NCBI RefSeq assembly: GCF_009914755.1
Contig: NC_060929.1
Length of the DNA: 64,000 bases
Reading direction: 5' to 3' (one strand)
Source: the human T2T-CHM13v2.0 reference genome, Homo sapiens
Shown: positions 14,084 through 26,654 of the stretch, in pieces
Layout: each line of letters opens with the position of its first letter
Position numbering within the stretch: the first letter of the stretch is position 1
The notes under the pieces: generated by a model
What the model was told of the DNA's origin: nothing
What the model saw: the letters and a program-made list of their open reading frames with translations, nothing else
The model's database searches: none
Made by a program: the position numbers and the translations under genes

Positions 14084-16865
14084 CTCACCAAATTCTTAAT
14101 AATGGCTACCTCTAGAGAATGAGAAACAAAAACAAAAACTGTAATGTGTTCATTGGTAGTAGCTCTTTACCTAATTCCACCCTTTCATACTGATCAGCTT
14201 CTTCCTGGTTCATCTCCATTGTTATCAGTAGTCAAGTCAGTCACCAACTTCTGGAGATCCTTCAACTTGTAGGACAATATCCAATATTTACTGTTAAATC
14301 CATGTCCCTTTAAAACTTGCCCTCTAGCCAATCTTCATAAGCTCTTCTTGGGAGCTGCTTTCTCTGCCTCAGCCACAATTTCTGTGCCCATCTCCCTGGA
14401 ACTTAAGCCAGTGAACTCACCAGGACTGTATCACACCATATTCTTTCAAAACAGGCTCACCTCTGTGCCTGGAAAACAGCCCATCTTTTTTTCTATGTGT
14501 ATTAGTAGAAAAAAAGGTGAAATGACTGTGATCATGAATAATCCCCACCTCTCAGTGGCTTAAAATAACAAAGGCTCCTTTCTCACTCACAGTTGGGCAC
14601 GTCTGTCCATTTGCAGGTGGGTTGGGAAGCTCCATTCTGTATCACCCTCGCTCAAGGACCTGGACTGAAGGATTTCTGCTTTCAAGAAGAAAAAAAAAAA
14701 TAGAAGACATGTTTACTAATACACTGGTAATTATTTCTATTCATATTTTATTGGCCAAAGCGAGTCATATGGGTATACAACATAAAATGAGGTGCAGAAT
14801 TTCAATCCTATCATTTGCTTGGAAGGTGGAGAGTCATATTTGGAGAACATGAGTTCTATAATTGTTGGATGTAACAGTCTATACATGTCCACTAAGTCAA
14901 GTTTGCTAATCGTGTTTAAATAATCTATATCCTTACTCATGTATCTGTTCACTTCTTGCAGTTTTGTCAATCTTAGTTTTATATTTTTGAAGCTATATTA
15001 TGTGTACAAGTTTTATAATCATTGTACTTTCTCATGAGTTAAACTTTTTATCATTATGATAATGCTTTTTGCCTTAAAGTCTACTTTGTCTAATATTAAT
15101 ATAGATAACATTAATTTTTGTTAATATTTATATTTTTCCACTTTTTAATTTCAACATTATAATACAAATGTTTTAGGTATGTTTCTTATAAACAGTATGC
15201 AGATTGTTATCCAATTCAATCTTTGATTTTTAATTGAACTATTTAATTTATTTACATTTAATGTAATTACTGATATATTTGAATTTAAATATACCGTCTT
15301 CTTAAGTGTTTTCAATTGTCTCACATGCTCTCTGTTCTCTTTATCCTCACTTTTTGCCTGCTTTTGGAAAATATTGTTTTTGCCTCCATTGTTTTGGAAG
15401 TTACATATCTTTTTAGTAGTCTTTTAGAGTTTATCCTATAGATCACAGTATGGGTCTCTGAGTTAGCAAAGGCTAATAATGTTAATTGGCACTTTCATTT
15501 TCTTCCATAATAGTACAAGGACCTTAGAACGTTTCAATTCATTTACTTCCTCTCCTGATTTGTATGCACTTTTAATATTTTTAATTTTTTAAATCTTCAG
15601 CACTGTGTTACATTGTTTCATACGGTATAATTCATTTAGACTTCCTCAAATGGACCTTCGTGCTGGACCTCATTTCTTTCTGCATCTATATAACCTATCA
15701 TCCTTAATCATCTTCCTTCTGCTTAAAGAACATCCTTTAGTATTTGATGCTGGTAAAGAATCCTGAAAATGTCTTAATTTCACTTTTATTATTGAAGGCT
15801 ATTTTCACTGGACATAGAATTCTAATGTTGACAGTTATTTTATTTCAGCACTTGAAAGACATTTAAATTCCACTAATTTCTAGTTTCCATTGTTTCTATC
15901 AAGAGGTAAGCTAACAGTCTATTACATTTTTTCAAGTAATGACAGCTGCTTGTAATTTTTTTTTCCCTTTGTCTTTGGTTTTCATCTGTCTTATTGTGAT
16001 GTACCTAGGTGTGGCTTTTAAAAATTTCTCCTGCTTGCAGCTCCCAGGGCTTCTGAGATTTGTGGCTTGTTGTCTTTAATCAATTTTGGGAATTTTTCAA
16101 CTATTTTCTCTTCAAATATTGATGCTGCACCATTCTCTTTCTCTTCTCCTTCTGAAATTTTAATTCTCATTTTATCTCCATATCTCTTACTCTCTGTAGC
16201 ATTGCTATCCTTTTGTCTCTCCATGTTTCGTCATGATGTTGTCTTCTAACCTACTTTCCAGTTCATCAATTTTCCCTACAGCTGTGTATAATTTTTTGTT
16301 AAACCAAGTAAAGAGTATCCACTGAGCTCTTTGCTTTTGTTAGTATATATTTTAAATTCTAAATTGTTCACTGGTTATTTTTTACAACTTTTTCATCCTT
16401 TTTTAAAGTTTTCAGTTCTCTGCCAAATTTGTTGATACTGTCTTTTATCTCCGTATGTGTAGTAAACATAATTAATTTAAAGTCCGTATCTGATAAATCC
16501 ATTAACTGGAGTTCTGTGGTATTGTTTCTATTGTAGTTGTTTCTACTGGATCTCATGTTTTCTTATTTCTTTATGGGCCTGGTTATTCTCTTGTGTGCTA
16601 AAATTGTATATGAAAAATTGTTGGTTGAAGTAAAGTAAAACTTATTGTGTTATATTCCTCCTGAGAGTACAGTCATCCCTCAGTATCCACAGCAGGATTG
16701 GTTCCAGGACCTACTGCAGATACCAAAATCCATGCAGATTTCATTTCCACAATCAACCCTGTGGAATCCATGGATATAAAACGTCGAACCTCCATATATA
16801 AGTGAGTTTGGCATCCTGCAACTACTGTCTTTTATATTTATGTTTGGTTGCAGATGCAGAATTCA

Positions 16866-17177
16866 CCAAAGCCTAATCCAGAGCAAGGCCCTAACTCTTC
16901 AATTCTATGAAGGCTAAGAGAGCTGAGGAAGCTGTAGAAGAAAAACTGCAAGCTAGCAGGGGTTGGTTTATGAAGTTTAAGGAAATAAACCATTCCGTAA
17001 CATAAAAGTGTAAGATAAAGCAGCAAGTGCTGATGTAGAAGCTGCAGCAAATTATTCAGAAGATCTAGCTGAGATCATGGATGGCGGTGGTTACACTAAA
17101 CAACAGAGTTCCAGGGTAGACAAACAGCCTTCTATTGGAATAAGATGCCATCTAGGACTTTCATAGCTAGAGAAGAG
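16866..17177 (+). mobile_element. Internal Tigger1 transposase fragment lacking TIRs
   Basis: Colinear with 19338-19646 of the neighbouring Tigger1, roughly 85-88% identical by eye. Confidence 0.9.
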
Positions 17178-17213
17178 TGGGCTGACTATATTTATTTTAA
17201 AAATCCATGTATA

Positions 17214-17570
<357 letters not shown>

Positions 17571-17719
17571 TTATATTTGCTTTTGCAAGATACCTGGGGA
17601 TGTGAGGACCTGGGATCACCTTTATCCAATTTGAAGAATTAAGCTAATTGGATCTCAGCTGAGGCCCCACAAAATCTCATCTACTTCCATCCAAGTCATC
17701 CTGTCTTTTCTCTTTTTTA

Positions 17720-17885
17720 AATTTTTTTGGAGGTGGGGTCTCACTGTGCTGCCCAGGCTGGACAACATAGGTCCAGTGGCACAAACATAGGTCACTGCAG
17801 CCTTGCACTCTTGGGCTGAAGGGATCTTCCCAAGTAGCTGGGGCTACAAGCACATGCCACCATGCTACCATGCTGCGCTAATTTT
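17720..17885 (-). mobile_element. AluJ right-arm fragment
   Basis: cactgcagccttg...gtagctggggctacaag. Confidence 0.8.
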
Positions 17886-18034
17886 TTCATTCAGTCTTAA
17901 GATGAAGACTTTCAGGGTCCTAGCCTGCTATGGGGAGTTATATGTCTACCCTCTCCTTTGGTGAGCACCGGATTCCAACTTGTGTTTATGTGGCCACACA
18001 AAGCTGCCCAGGTGCTGCTTAGTCTCTTCAGTTC

Positions 18035-18364
18035 TTTTTTTTTTTTTGAGAGGGAGTCTCACTCTGCACTGTGTCGCCCGTGCTGGAGTGCAGTGGCATG
18101 ATCTCGGCTCACTGCAACGTCTGCCTCATAGGTTCAAGCTCCTCCGCCTCCTGGGAGCCTGGGTGATTCTCCTGCCTCAGCCTCCCGAGTAGCTGAGATT
18201 ATAGGCACCCGCCACCACACCCAGCTAATTTTTCTTTTGTATTTTAATAGAGATGGGGTTTCACCATGTTGGTCAGGCTGGTCTCAAACCCTAACCTCAA
18301 ATGATCCACCTGCCTTGGCCTCCCAATGTGCTGGGATTACAGGTGTGAGCCACCACACCCGGCC
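18035..18364 (-). mobile_element. AluS with small internal rearrangement
   Basis: Full dimer; extra ctctccgcctcctgggagcctggg at about 18139-18162. Confidence 0.9.
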
Positions 18365-19789
18365 ATCTCTCCAGTTCTTTGTTGTCGTTTCCAGAAGCAG
18401 CAAATGTCCCAAGGGGAAAAGAGGCCCAGTTATTGGGCTTGCCTCCTTGAATACCCATCTTTCTCCAGCTCTTCATTGGTGATTCTTCATTATCTTTTTA
18501 AGTCTGATGTTTTCAAGCACATTTTATTTTAATTTTTTCCCACTTTTCTAATTGTTCTCAGCAGGACAGTAGGTCTGAATTTAGTCTGCTATTACCAGAT
18601 GGTAGGAAATAGACAGGTATGCTTCATTTTGTCATAGTTTGCTTTACTACACTGCAGATATTATATTTTTTACAAATTGGAGGTTCGTGGTAACCCTGCA
18701 TTGAAGAAGCCTTTAGGTGCCATTTTTCCAACAGCATGTGCTCACTTTTTGTTTCTGGGTCATATTTTGATAATTCTCATAATATCTCAGACTTTTTCAT
18801 TATTATTATATTTGTTATGGTAATCTATGATCAGTGATCTTTGAGATTACTCTTGTAATCATTTTGGGGTGCCATAAACTGTGCTCATATAAGATGGTGA
18901 AGTTCATTGATAAATGTTGTGTGTTCTGACTTCTCCACCAATCAGCCATTTCCCATCTTTTACATTCTTTTCAGTCCTCCTTATTCCCTGAGACACAACA
19001 ATATTGAAATTAGACTAATCAATAACCCTACAATGTCCTCTAAGTGTTCAAGTGAAAGCAAGGGTGGCACATCCCACACTTTAAATCGAAAGCTAAAAAT
19101 GATTAAGCTCAGTGAGGAATGCATGAGGAAAAGCCAAGAGAGGCCAAAATAGAGGGCTTTTGTGCCAAACAGGTAGCCAAGTTGTGAATGGAAAGGAAAA
19201 GTTCTTGAAGGAAATTAAAAGCACTACTCCAGTGAACACACAAATGATAAGAGAGTAAAACAGCCTTATTGCTGATATGGAGAAAGTTTGAGTGGTCTGG
19301 ATAGAAGATCAAACCAGCAACAACATTCCTTTAAGTTAAAGCCTAATCCAGAGCAAGGCCCTAACTCGCTTCAATTCAATGAAGGCTGAGAGAGGTAAGG
19401 AAGCTACAGAAGAAAAATTAGAAGCTAGCAGAGGTTGGTTCATGAAATTTAAGGACATAAACCATTTCCACAACATAAAGTGCAAGGTGAAGCAGCAAGC
19501 GCTCATGTAGAAGCTGCAGCAAGTTATCCAGAAAATCTAGCTAAGATTATGGATGGTGGTGGCTACACTAAACAATAGAATTTCAATGTAGACAAAACAT
19601 CTATCAGAATAAGATGCCATCTAAGACTTTCATAGCTAAAGAGGAGAAAGCAATGCCTGGCTTCAACGCTTCAAGGGACAGGCTGACTGTCTTATTAGGG
19701 GCTAATGCAACTGGTGGCTTTAAGCTGAAGCCAATTGCTCATTTTCCATACAGAAAATCTTTGGACCCTTACAAATTATGCTAAACCCA

Positions 19790-20080
19790 GGCCAGACACA
19801 GTGGCTCATGCCTGTAATTCTAGCACTTTGGGAGGTCGAGGCAGGCAGATCACTTGAGCTCAGGAGTTCGAGACTGGCCTGGGCAACAGGGTGAAACCCC
19901 ATCTCTACAAAAAAATACAAAAACTAGCCAGGTGTGGTGAAGTGTGCCTGCAGTCCCAGCTACTCAGGAGGGTGAGGCAGGAGAATTTCTTGAGCCTGGA
20001 GGCTGAGGTTGCCGTGAGTCAAGATCACGCCATTGCACTCCAGCCTGGGTGACAGGAGTGAAACCCTGTCTCAAAACAAA
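19790..20080 (+). mobile_element. AluJb-like inserted in Tigger1
   Basis: Full dimer; degenerate TSD aatt(a/g)tgctaaa. Confidence 0.9.
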
Positions 20081-20684
20081 GAATTGTGCTAAATCTATTC
20101 TGCCTGTGCTCTATAAATGAAATAACAAAGCCTGAATGACAGCACATCTGTTTATGGCATGTTTACTGAATATTTTAAGCCTACCGTTGAGACTTACTCC
20201 TCCAGGGAAAAAAAGGGATTCCTTTCAAAATATTACTTCTTGTTGGCAAATGCATCTAGTAACTCAAAAGCTCTGACAGAGATGTACAAGGAGAGTAATA
20301 TTTTCATGCTTTTAACACAACATCCATTCTGCAGTCCATGGATCAAGAAGTCATTTCAACTTTCAAGTCCTATTACTTAAGAAATGCATTTTTTAAGGCT
20401 ATAGTTGTCATAGATAGTGATTTCTCTGATGGATCTGGGCAAAATCAATTGAAAACCCTCTGCAAAGAATTTACCATTTTAGATGCCCTTAAGTACATTC
20501 ACGATTCATGGGAGGAGGTCAGAATATCAACATTAGCAGGAGTTTGGAAGAAGTTGATTCTAACCCTCACGGATGACTTAGAGGAGTTCAAGACTTCACT
20601 AGAGGAAGTCACTGCGGAGGTGCTGGAAACAGAAAACTAGAATTAGAAGTGGAGCCTGAAAATGTGCCTGAATTGCTTCAATCT

Positions 20685-20934
20685 TGTAACGGTTAATACT
20701 GAGTGTTCACTTGATTGGATTGAAGGATGCAAAGTATTGTTCCTGGGTGTGTCTGTGTGAGCTTCCCTAGTTTTGAGGTTTTGGGACTTGGACTGGTTTC
20801 CTTGCTCCTCAGGTTGCAGATGGCCTATTGTGGCACTTCGCCTTGTGATCATGTGAGTCAGTACTCCTTAATAAACTCCCGTTCATTTATACATCTATCC
20901 TATAAGTTCTGCCTCTCTAGAGAACCCTAATACA
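20685..20934 (+). mobile_element. Internally deleted MLT2A (HERV-L) solo LTR inserted in Tigger1
   Basis: tgtaacggttaatactgagtg...gattggattgaaggatgcaaagtattg...ctagagaaccctaataca; 5-bp TSD aatct/aattt. Confidence 0.85.
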
Positions 20935-21984
20935 AATTTCATGATAAAACTTGAACGAAAGAGGAGCTGCTTCTTATGGATGAGCAAAGAAAGTGATTTC
21001 TTGAGATGGACTCTACTCCTAGTAGAGATGCTGTGAACATTGTTGAAATGACAATAAAGGATTTAGAATATTCCGTAAACTTAGTTAATACAGAAGCAGC
21101 AGCATTTGAGAGGACTGACTCCACTTTTGAAAGAAGTTCTACTGTTATTAAATGCTACCAAATATGGTACAGAGAAATATTTTGTGAAAGGAAGAGTCCA
21201 TTGACATGGCAAGCTTCATTACTGTCATATTTTAATAACTTGCCACAGCTACCTCAAACTTCAGCAACCACCAGTCTGATCAGTCAGTAACCATCAATAT
21301 CGAGGCAAGACCTTCCACCAGGAAAAAGATTATAACTCACTGAAGGCTCAGACGATCATTACTATTTTTTTAGCAGCAAAGTATTTTTAATTGAGGTATG
21401 TACATTTTTAGACATAATGCTCTTGCACACTTACTAGACTACAGCATACTGTCAACATAACTTTTATAGGCACTGGGAACCAAAAATTTGTATGATTCAC
21501 TTTGTTGCAATACTTGCCTTACTGCGGCAGTCTGGAACCAAACCCACAATATCTCCAAGGTCCACCTGCAAATGCAGGCAGTGGGCCAGGTATACATGCA
21601 TACATATGCCTTATGTGAGGGGTGGGCACTGAGGTTAACTAGAAAGCATGAGCCTATTTTTGCCTTGTGGTAATAAGGGCCTCATATTGCCAAATTTTTC
21701 CATTTTTTTCAAAAGAAGTAGGAAAGGAAATGCAGGCTTTTAAAATGTGAAATCCCAATTTTCAATTGTTGGTTCAAAAAAAACTTAAATCTCAACTAGC
21801 CAAATAAAATGCATCTGGGGTCCACACCCAGCTACCCTATAGGATACTAATTTAAAATATCTGGACTATAGTCTATATTGATGAGAGAAGTGGGGTGAAA
21901 CTTGGCATTCCCTTGCCATTAACTTCTAGCCTCCCAGTAGTCCAGGCTGCCTTGAATAAACACCAGACCATCATACAAAACAGA

Positions 21985-22292
21985 GTTTTTATCTTATTTA
22001 TTTATTTATGAGTTGGGTGTCTTGCTGCATTACTCAGGATGGAGTGCAGTGGCACAATCATAGTTCACTGAGGCCACGAACTGCTGTGCTCAAGTGATCC
22101 TCTCACCTCAGCCTCCTGAGTAGCTGGGACTACAGGTGTATGCCACCACATAAGGCTAATTTTAATTTGTTTTTGAGAGACAGAGTCTTGCTATGTTGCC
22201 CAGGCTGGTCTTAAACTCCTGGCCTCAAGCAATCTTTCCACCTTGGCCTCTGAAAGTACTAGGATTATAGAAGTGAGCCGCTATGCTTGACC
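21985..22292 (-). mobile_element. AluJo-like
   Basis: Diverged full dimer. Confidence 0.9.
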
Positions 22293-22436
22293 AAAACACA
22301 GTTTTTAAATCAATTTATGTCTTTACTGAAATCTCTTAAAGATGCCAAAGGGTGGGGTTTGGGTTCCATTCATAACACCAACATTTCTGAAGAATCCTCT
22401 TCTCTTGTCTCTTTCTCAAGTCCTCCTCATGACATC

Positions 22437-23503
22437 TGTGTTAGTCCGTTCTCACACTGCTATGAAGGACTGCCTGAGACTGGGTAATTTATAAAAGAAA
22501 GAGGTTTTAATTGACTCACAGTTCCACAGGGGTGGGAAGGCCTCAGGCGGAAGGGGAAGCAACCACATCCTTCTTCACATAGCGGCAGGAAGGAGAAGTG
22601 CCAAGCAAAGGGGAAAAGCCTTTCATAAACCCATCAGGTCTCATGAGAACTCAAGAAGAGCATGGGGATATGTGGAGGAAAAGTTAAATCTTAAATTTGA
22701 ACTCAATTGAATGTGGACACAAACAATGGTCACCAAGTCCCAGAACAGGTTGCATGAGCCCCTTGAGGCGTTCATCCAGACGGTTTTGGAGAAATCTGTT
22801 CCTGTATGTTAGTTATTGAAAAACAACAAACAATCATAAAAACAAGTTGACCTTTTTGTGTTCCTTGAGTCCAGTCATGAAGGGCCCTCGTGACTGGGCC
22901 TCATGCCAAATAAGTCGTTACAAAAAGAACTAGGGTCCCATACCACGCCAAAGCTTCATGAGACCTCTCCTCATCTGTGCATGGATGAGCGGTCAACTCT
23001 GGAGCCCAGGCTGTTGCTTCCCTGTCTGGTGATGAATCCTCTATAGTCTGGTAAGTGTAGTGGCCGACTCTGGAGCCCAGGCTGTTGCTTCTGGTCTGGT
23101 GATGAATCCTCCATCGTCTGGTGAGTGTGTGTGTATATATATATAGTCTATATTGATGGGAGAAGTGGGGTGAAAGTTGGCATGCCCTTGCCATTAACTT
23201 CTAGCCTCCCAGTAGTCCAGGCTATATATATATATCTTCTCCCTTTTCCCCTTCCCATTGCAATTTGCTTGTATCATTTGCTTATTATATCTGCATTGCC
23301 ATTTACATGGGATAAAGGTTGTTTACCCTTGAAGGTATTGCATGTGTGTCTTTTCTTTTCCCTTTGTGCATCTCCCTCATAGAAAAGAGTAACCGCCCCC
23401 ATGATTCAATTGCCTACCACTGGGTCCCTCCCACAACACGTGGGGATTATAGGAACTACAATTCAAGATGAGATTTGGGTGGGGACACAGCCAAACCATA
23501 TCA
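22437..23503 (-). mobile_element. THE1 (C/D-type) MaLR solo LTR split by a second LTR
   Basis: ggggacacagccaaaccatatca terminus; 5-bp TSD acatc/acagc. Confidence 0.9.
22671..23386 (+). mobile_element. Solo ERV LTR (same family as 11714-12264; LTR66-like, tentative) nested in THE1
   Basis: tgtggaggaaaagttaaat start; degenerate 5-bp TSD ggata/gagta; about 70-bp tandem repeat at about 22990-23128. Confidence 0.8.
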
Positions 23504-23721
23504 ACAGCCCAGCAGCTACTTCAGTCCTCCTTAATTTATCTCTTGAATTCTCCCAAACCCAGCTCATCCCTGGCTTGTTTCTCTTATTCTTTCTCTCGCC
23601 TTCTGATCCATTCTGCTTTCGTTAGTATGTAACTCCCTGCCTTCTCTTAGGTAGACCCATCAACCCATCCTACCCATGGTACTGCACAATTCAGAATCCT
23701 TTCCCAAATTTTCCCTTATTA

Positions 23722-23920
<199 letters not shown>

Positions 23921-24505
23921 AATACTCCAGAACTTGGCTAGTGAAGACTAATTCCTCCTTCACAGGAAGGAAGTGGGGGCAGGGGAAAATGATGCTGTAA
24001 ATACTCTAAAATATGTATTTTTTCCTGTCCCATCAGCTATGCCATCTGGGATGGGGTGACGCCTGGATGAGATGTCATTTTAAAGGACATTTCTGGGACA
24101 TGCTGGCATCAAGGCAAGTTTTCAGGTGGCTGCCATTTCCTTGTCATTTACCTTCTATGGACAGGACAGAGTCTCCACCCAAACCACCACCCTCCCACAA
24201 AAGCGGGAAGGAGAAGCCAGAAGGGAGAGAAATCAGACTTTTCCTGATTTGTCTAATAATAGAAAGTTGGCAGAGCACGTCACAGAATAGAAAGTATTTG
24301 ATAAAAACAGCATCTGTTCAGCTTGGGACTCGAGCCGGAGCTGCATGGAAATTTAATTTATTCCTTCCTCGAGTATTCCCATTAGAGTATCACAATTCTG
24401 TCTTTCTCATTAATGAGAGAAGTTGAAAACGTTGCTTCCTGTGACCAAAATGGCTTTCTTTCCCACGGGCTGATGGCAGAGGAGGCGACAGCGCAGCTGA
24501 GCGAG

Positions 24506-24524
24506 CGGCCAGCAGGGGGCGCGG
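24506..24524 (+). promoter_or_regulatory. CTCF motif
   Basis: CGGCCAGCAGGGGGCGCGG; the core CCAGCAGGGGGCGC matches consensus CCASYAGRKGGCRS exactly. Confidence 0.8.
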
Positions 24525-24784
24525 CCCTGCCGTCCTCACACCCACCCCGGACACGGAGACGCGGGGCGAGCGGGGCGCCCCTTACACAGCCTGCGAGGGG
24601 AGACCCAGGAGGTTTTCCAAACAAGAGGCTTTGCTGACTCTAGGGGCCTAAGAATAACCACTGTGTAGTATCCTGACTGCCGGCGGCCTCAGTAAAAGTG
24701 GTAGACAGAGGCTTCCCTGTCGCTCAAGGAGCTCCCAGGGCTTTCTAGGCTTCCCGTTCTCCTCCTGTTTCCCAGGACCCACCA

Positions 24785-24803
24785 GAGTGCCCCCTGCAGG
24801 TCA
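24785..24803 (-). promoter_or_regulatory. CTCF motif
   Basis: Reverse complement TGACCTGCAGGGGGCACTC; core CCTGCAGGGGGCAC has one tolerated deviation from consensus. Confidence 0.65.
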
Positions 24804-25014
24804 GGACGGGAACCGACACCTGGCCTTTGTCAAAACGCATTCCAGCGCCCAGTGAATTACTGTCCTCACGCCTGTCACCTCTCCATCTCCGGCTCCTCGC
24901 TGCTCTGGCTCCTTAAAGTCCTGCTCTGGGCAAAGTGGCCTTAACAGGAAATCAAAGCTGAGTCAAACTAATAATAGTTTGGCTATTGATCAGGCAGCCC
25001 CTTTAAATCACCCG

Positions 25015-25505
25015 GTGTTTTGTTTAATTGCAGAAAAATACACATAACATAAAATTTTCCATTTTAAATGTACAGTTAGTTTAGTGGTGTTAAGTGCATT
25101 CACATTCTTGTGCAACCATCCCCACCATCCATTTCCGGGGCTCTTTTCATCCTCCCAGGCTTAAACTCCACACTCATTAGACAAAAACTCCCCATTCCTC
25201 TTCCCCCAGACCTGGAAGCCACCATTCTGCTTTCTGCCTCTGAATTTGACTACTCTATGTACCTCTTATAAATGGGATCATATTGTATTTGTCCTTCTGT
25301 GGCTGGCTTGGTTCACTTAGCATAGTGTCCTCAAGGTTTACCCATGTTGTAGTGTGTGTCAGAATTGCCTTCCTTTTAGGGGTGAATAATATTCCACTGT
25401 ATGTATATACCACATTTTATTTGTCCATTCATCTGTCAATGGCCACCAGGATTGCTTTCACCTTTTTGGCCATTGTGAATAATGTTGCAATGAGCATGGG
25501 TGTCC
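25015..25505 (-). mobile_element. L1MB-type 3' end
   Basis: aaaatacacataacataaaatttt...gtgcattcacattcttgtgcaaccatc, typical L1MB 3' UTR. Confidence 0.85.
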
Positions 25506-26351
25506 TTTTCGAGATTGTTTTGACCTGTTGGTATTTTAACAGGACTCTTTAGGAAGGTAATCCCAATGGAATAGTTCAAGGTCCGAAGAAAGCTGATGGG
25601 AACTATTTTAGGAAGAAACAGATTTAATGTCCCTTGCACCAAACCATATCACCTACATAGGGGGCTGCCCTAGGATATATGTTCTGATATCATGCATTTT
25701 GTATTTCCTCACTGAAAAGGATAAGAAGTTGTGCCCAGTGGAGGGAAAATGTTTCTGACTCAAACAACTTCCAAGCCACTTGGCTCTCGGAATCTTTGAT
25801 AGCCGTAGATTGTTAGGCAGTGACAGTGGGAAGCCAGAGAGTGATGCAGACACGAGCAGGCTTTGGTGTCAGACCCGGCGAACATTTCTCCTGACATGAG
25901 CTTCAAATATCTTCATGAGCGGATTCTTTGGGGGTCCTTGCTGATTCAGCTTCTATCCGCCCCTCTATGCTTTCCTGTGCCTTCAGCTCTTAGTTTTTCC
26001 CCCATCAGCATTGCAATATGCTCAAGAAGTTAACAAAACAAATTAACACAGAGAAAGCACAACCCTCCCTTAAGCCCTGCCTCCCTTCAGTTCCCATCCT
26101 TCCTGTCTCTCTCCTGCTGTGGCCTGTAGCCTGTCTTCTTGAAGGAATCATTTTCACTTGCCACTTCCATATCCCCACTCCCATTCACTCTTGAACCCGG
26201 TGCTCTCCTGGCACTGGATTCTGAGGGTTTCTGATGTGACATCTTGGTTCAAGCTTCTGATGGGAAGTCAGCCCCCTGTTCAAGTCAAAAGCCCTGCATC
26301 CTGAGAAGTCCTGGCACCTTGCTTCAGAGACAGTTCCTAGAATACCAGAAG

Positions 26352-26609
26352 ATATATATATATATGTGTATATATATATACACACACACATATATATGTA
26401 TACATATATACACATATATATGTGTGTGTGTATATATATATGTATATATATGTGTATATATATACACACACACACATATATATGTATACATATATGTGTA
26501 TACATATATGTGTATACATATATACACATATATATGTGTGTGTGTGTATATATATATATACACATAAATATATACATATATATATACACACACACACACA
26601 TATATATAC
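26352..26609. repeat. Compound (TA)/(CA)/(TG) microsatellite
   Basis: About 255 bp of nearly unbroken purine-pyrimidine alternation with internal inverted repeats. Confidence 0.95.
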
Positions 26610-26654
26610 TTCCTCATCAAAAGAAGGCCTAACAAGAACTTTTGTAAATCATCT

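Larger units (their letters stand above)
18614..21568 (+). mobile_element. Full-length Tigger1 DNA transposon (dead transposase) with nested AluJ and MLT2A
   Basis: Both TIR ends present (caggtatgcttcatttt...; ...aatatctccaaggtccacctg); about 2.4 kb after removing inserts; ORF fragments such as MDQEVISTFKSYYLR and MDSTPSRDAVNIVEMT match the pogo/Tigger DDE transposase. Confidence 0.92.
24460..24900. promoter_or_regulatory. Small CpG-rich island-like element (candidate insulator or cis-regulatory element)
   Basis: Densest non-repeat CpG cluster in an otherwise CpG-depleted window; contains two CTCF motifs. Confidence 0.65.

Noticed and set aside
20159-21290. TIGD1-like transposase ORFs as a domesticated gene
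   Set aside because: Fragmented by stops, frameshifts and two TE insertions; an ordinary dead Tigger1.
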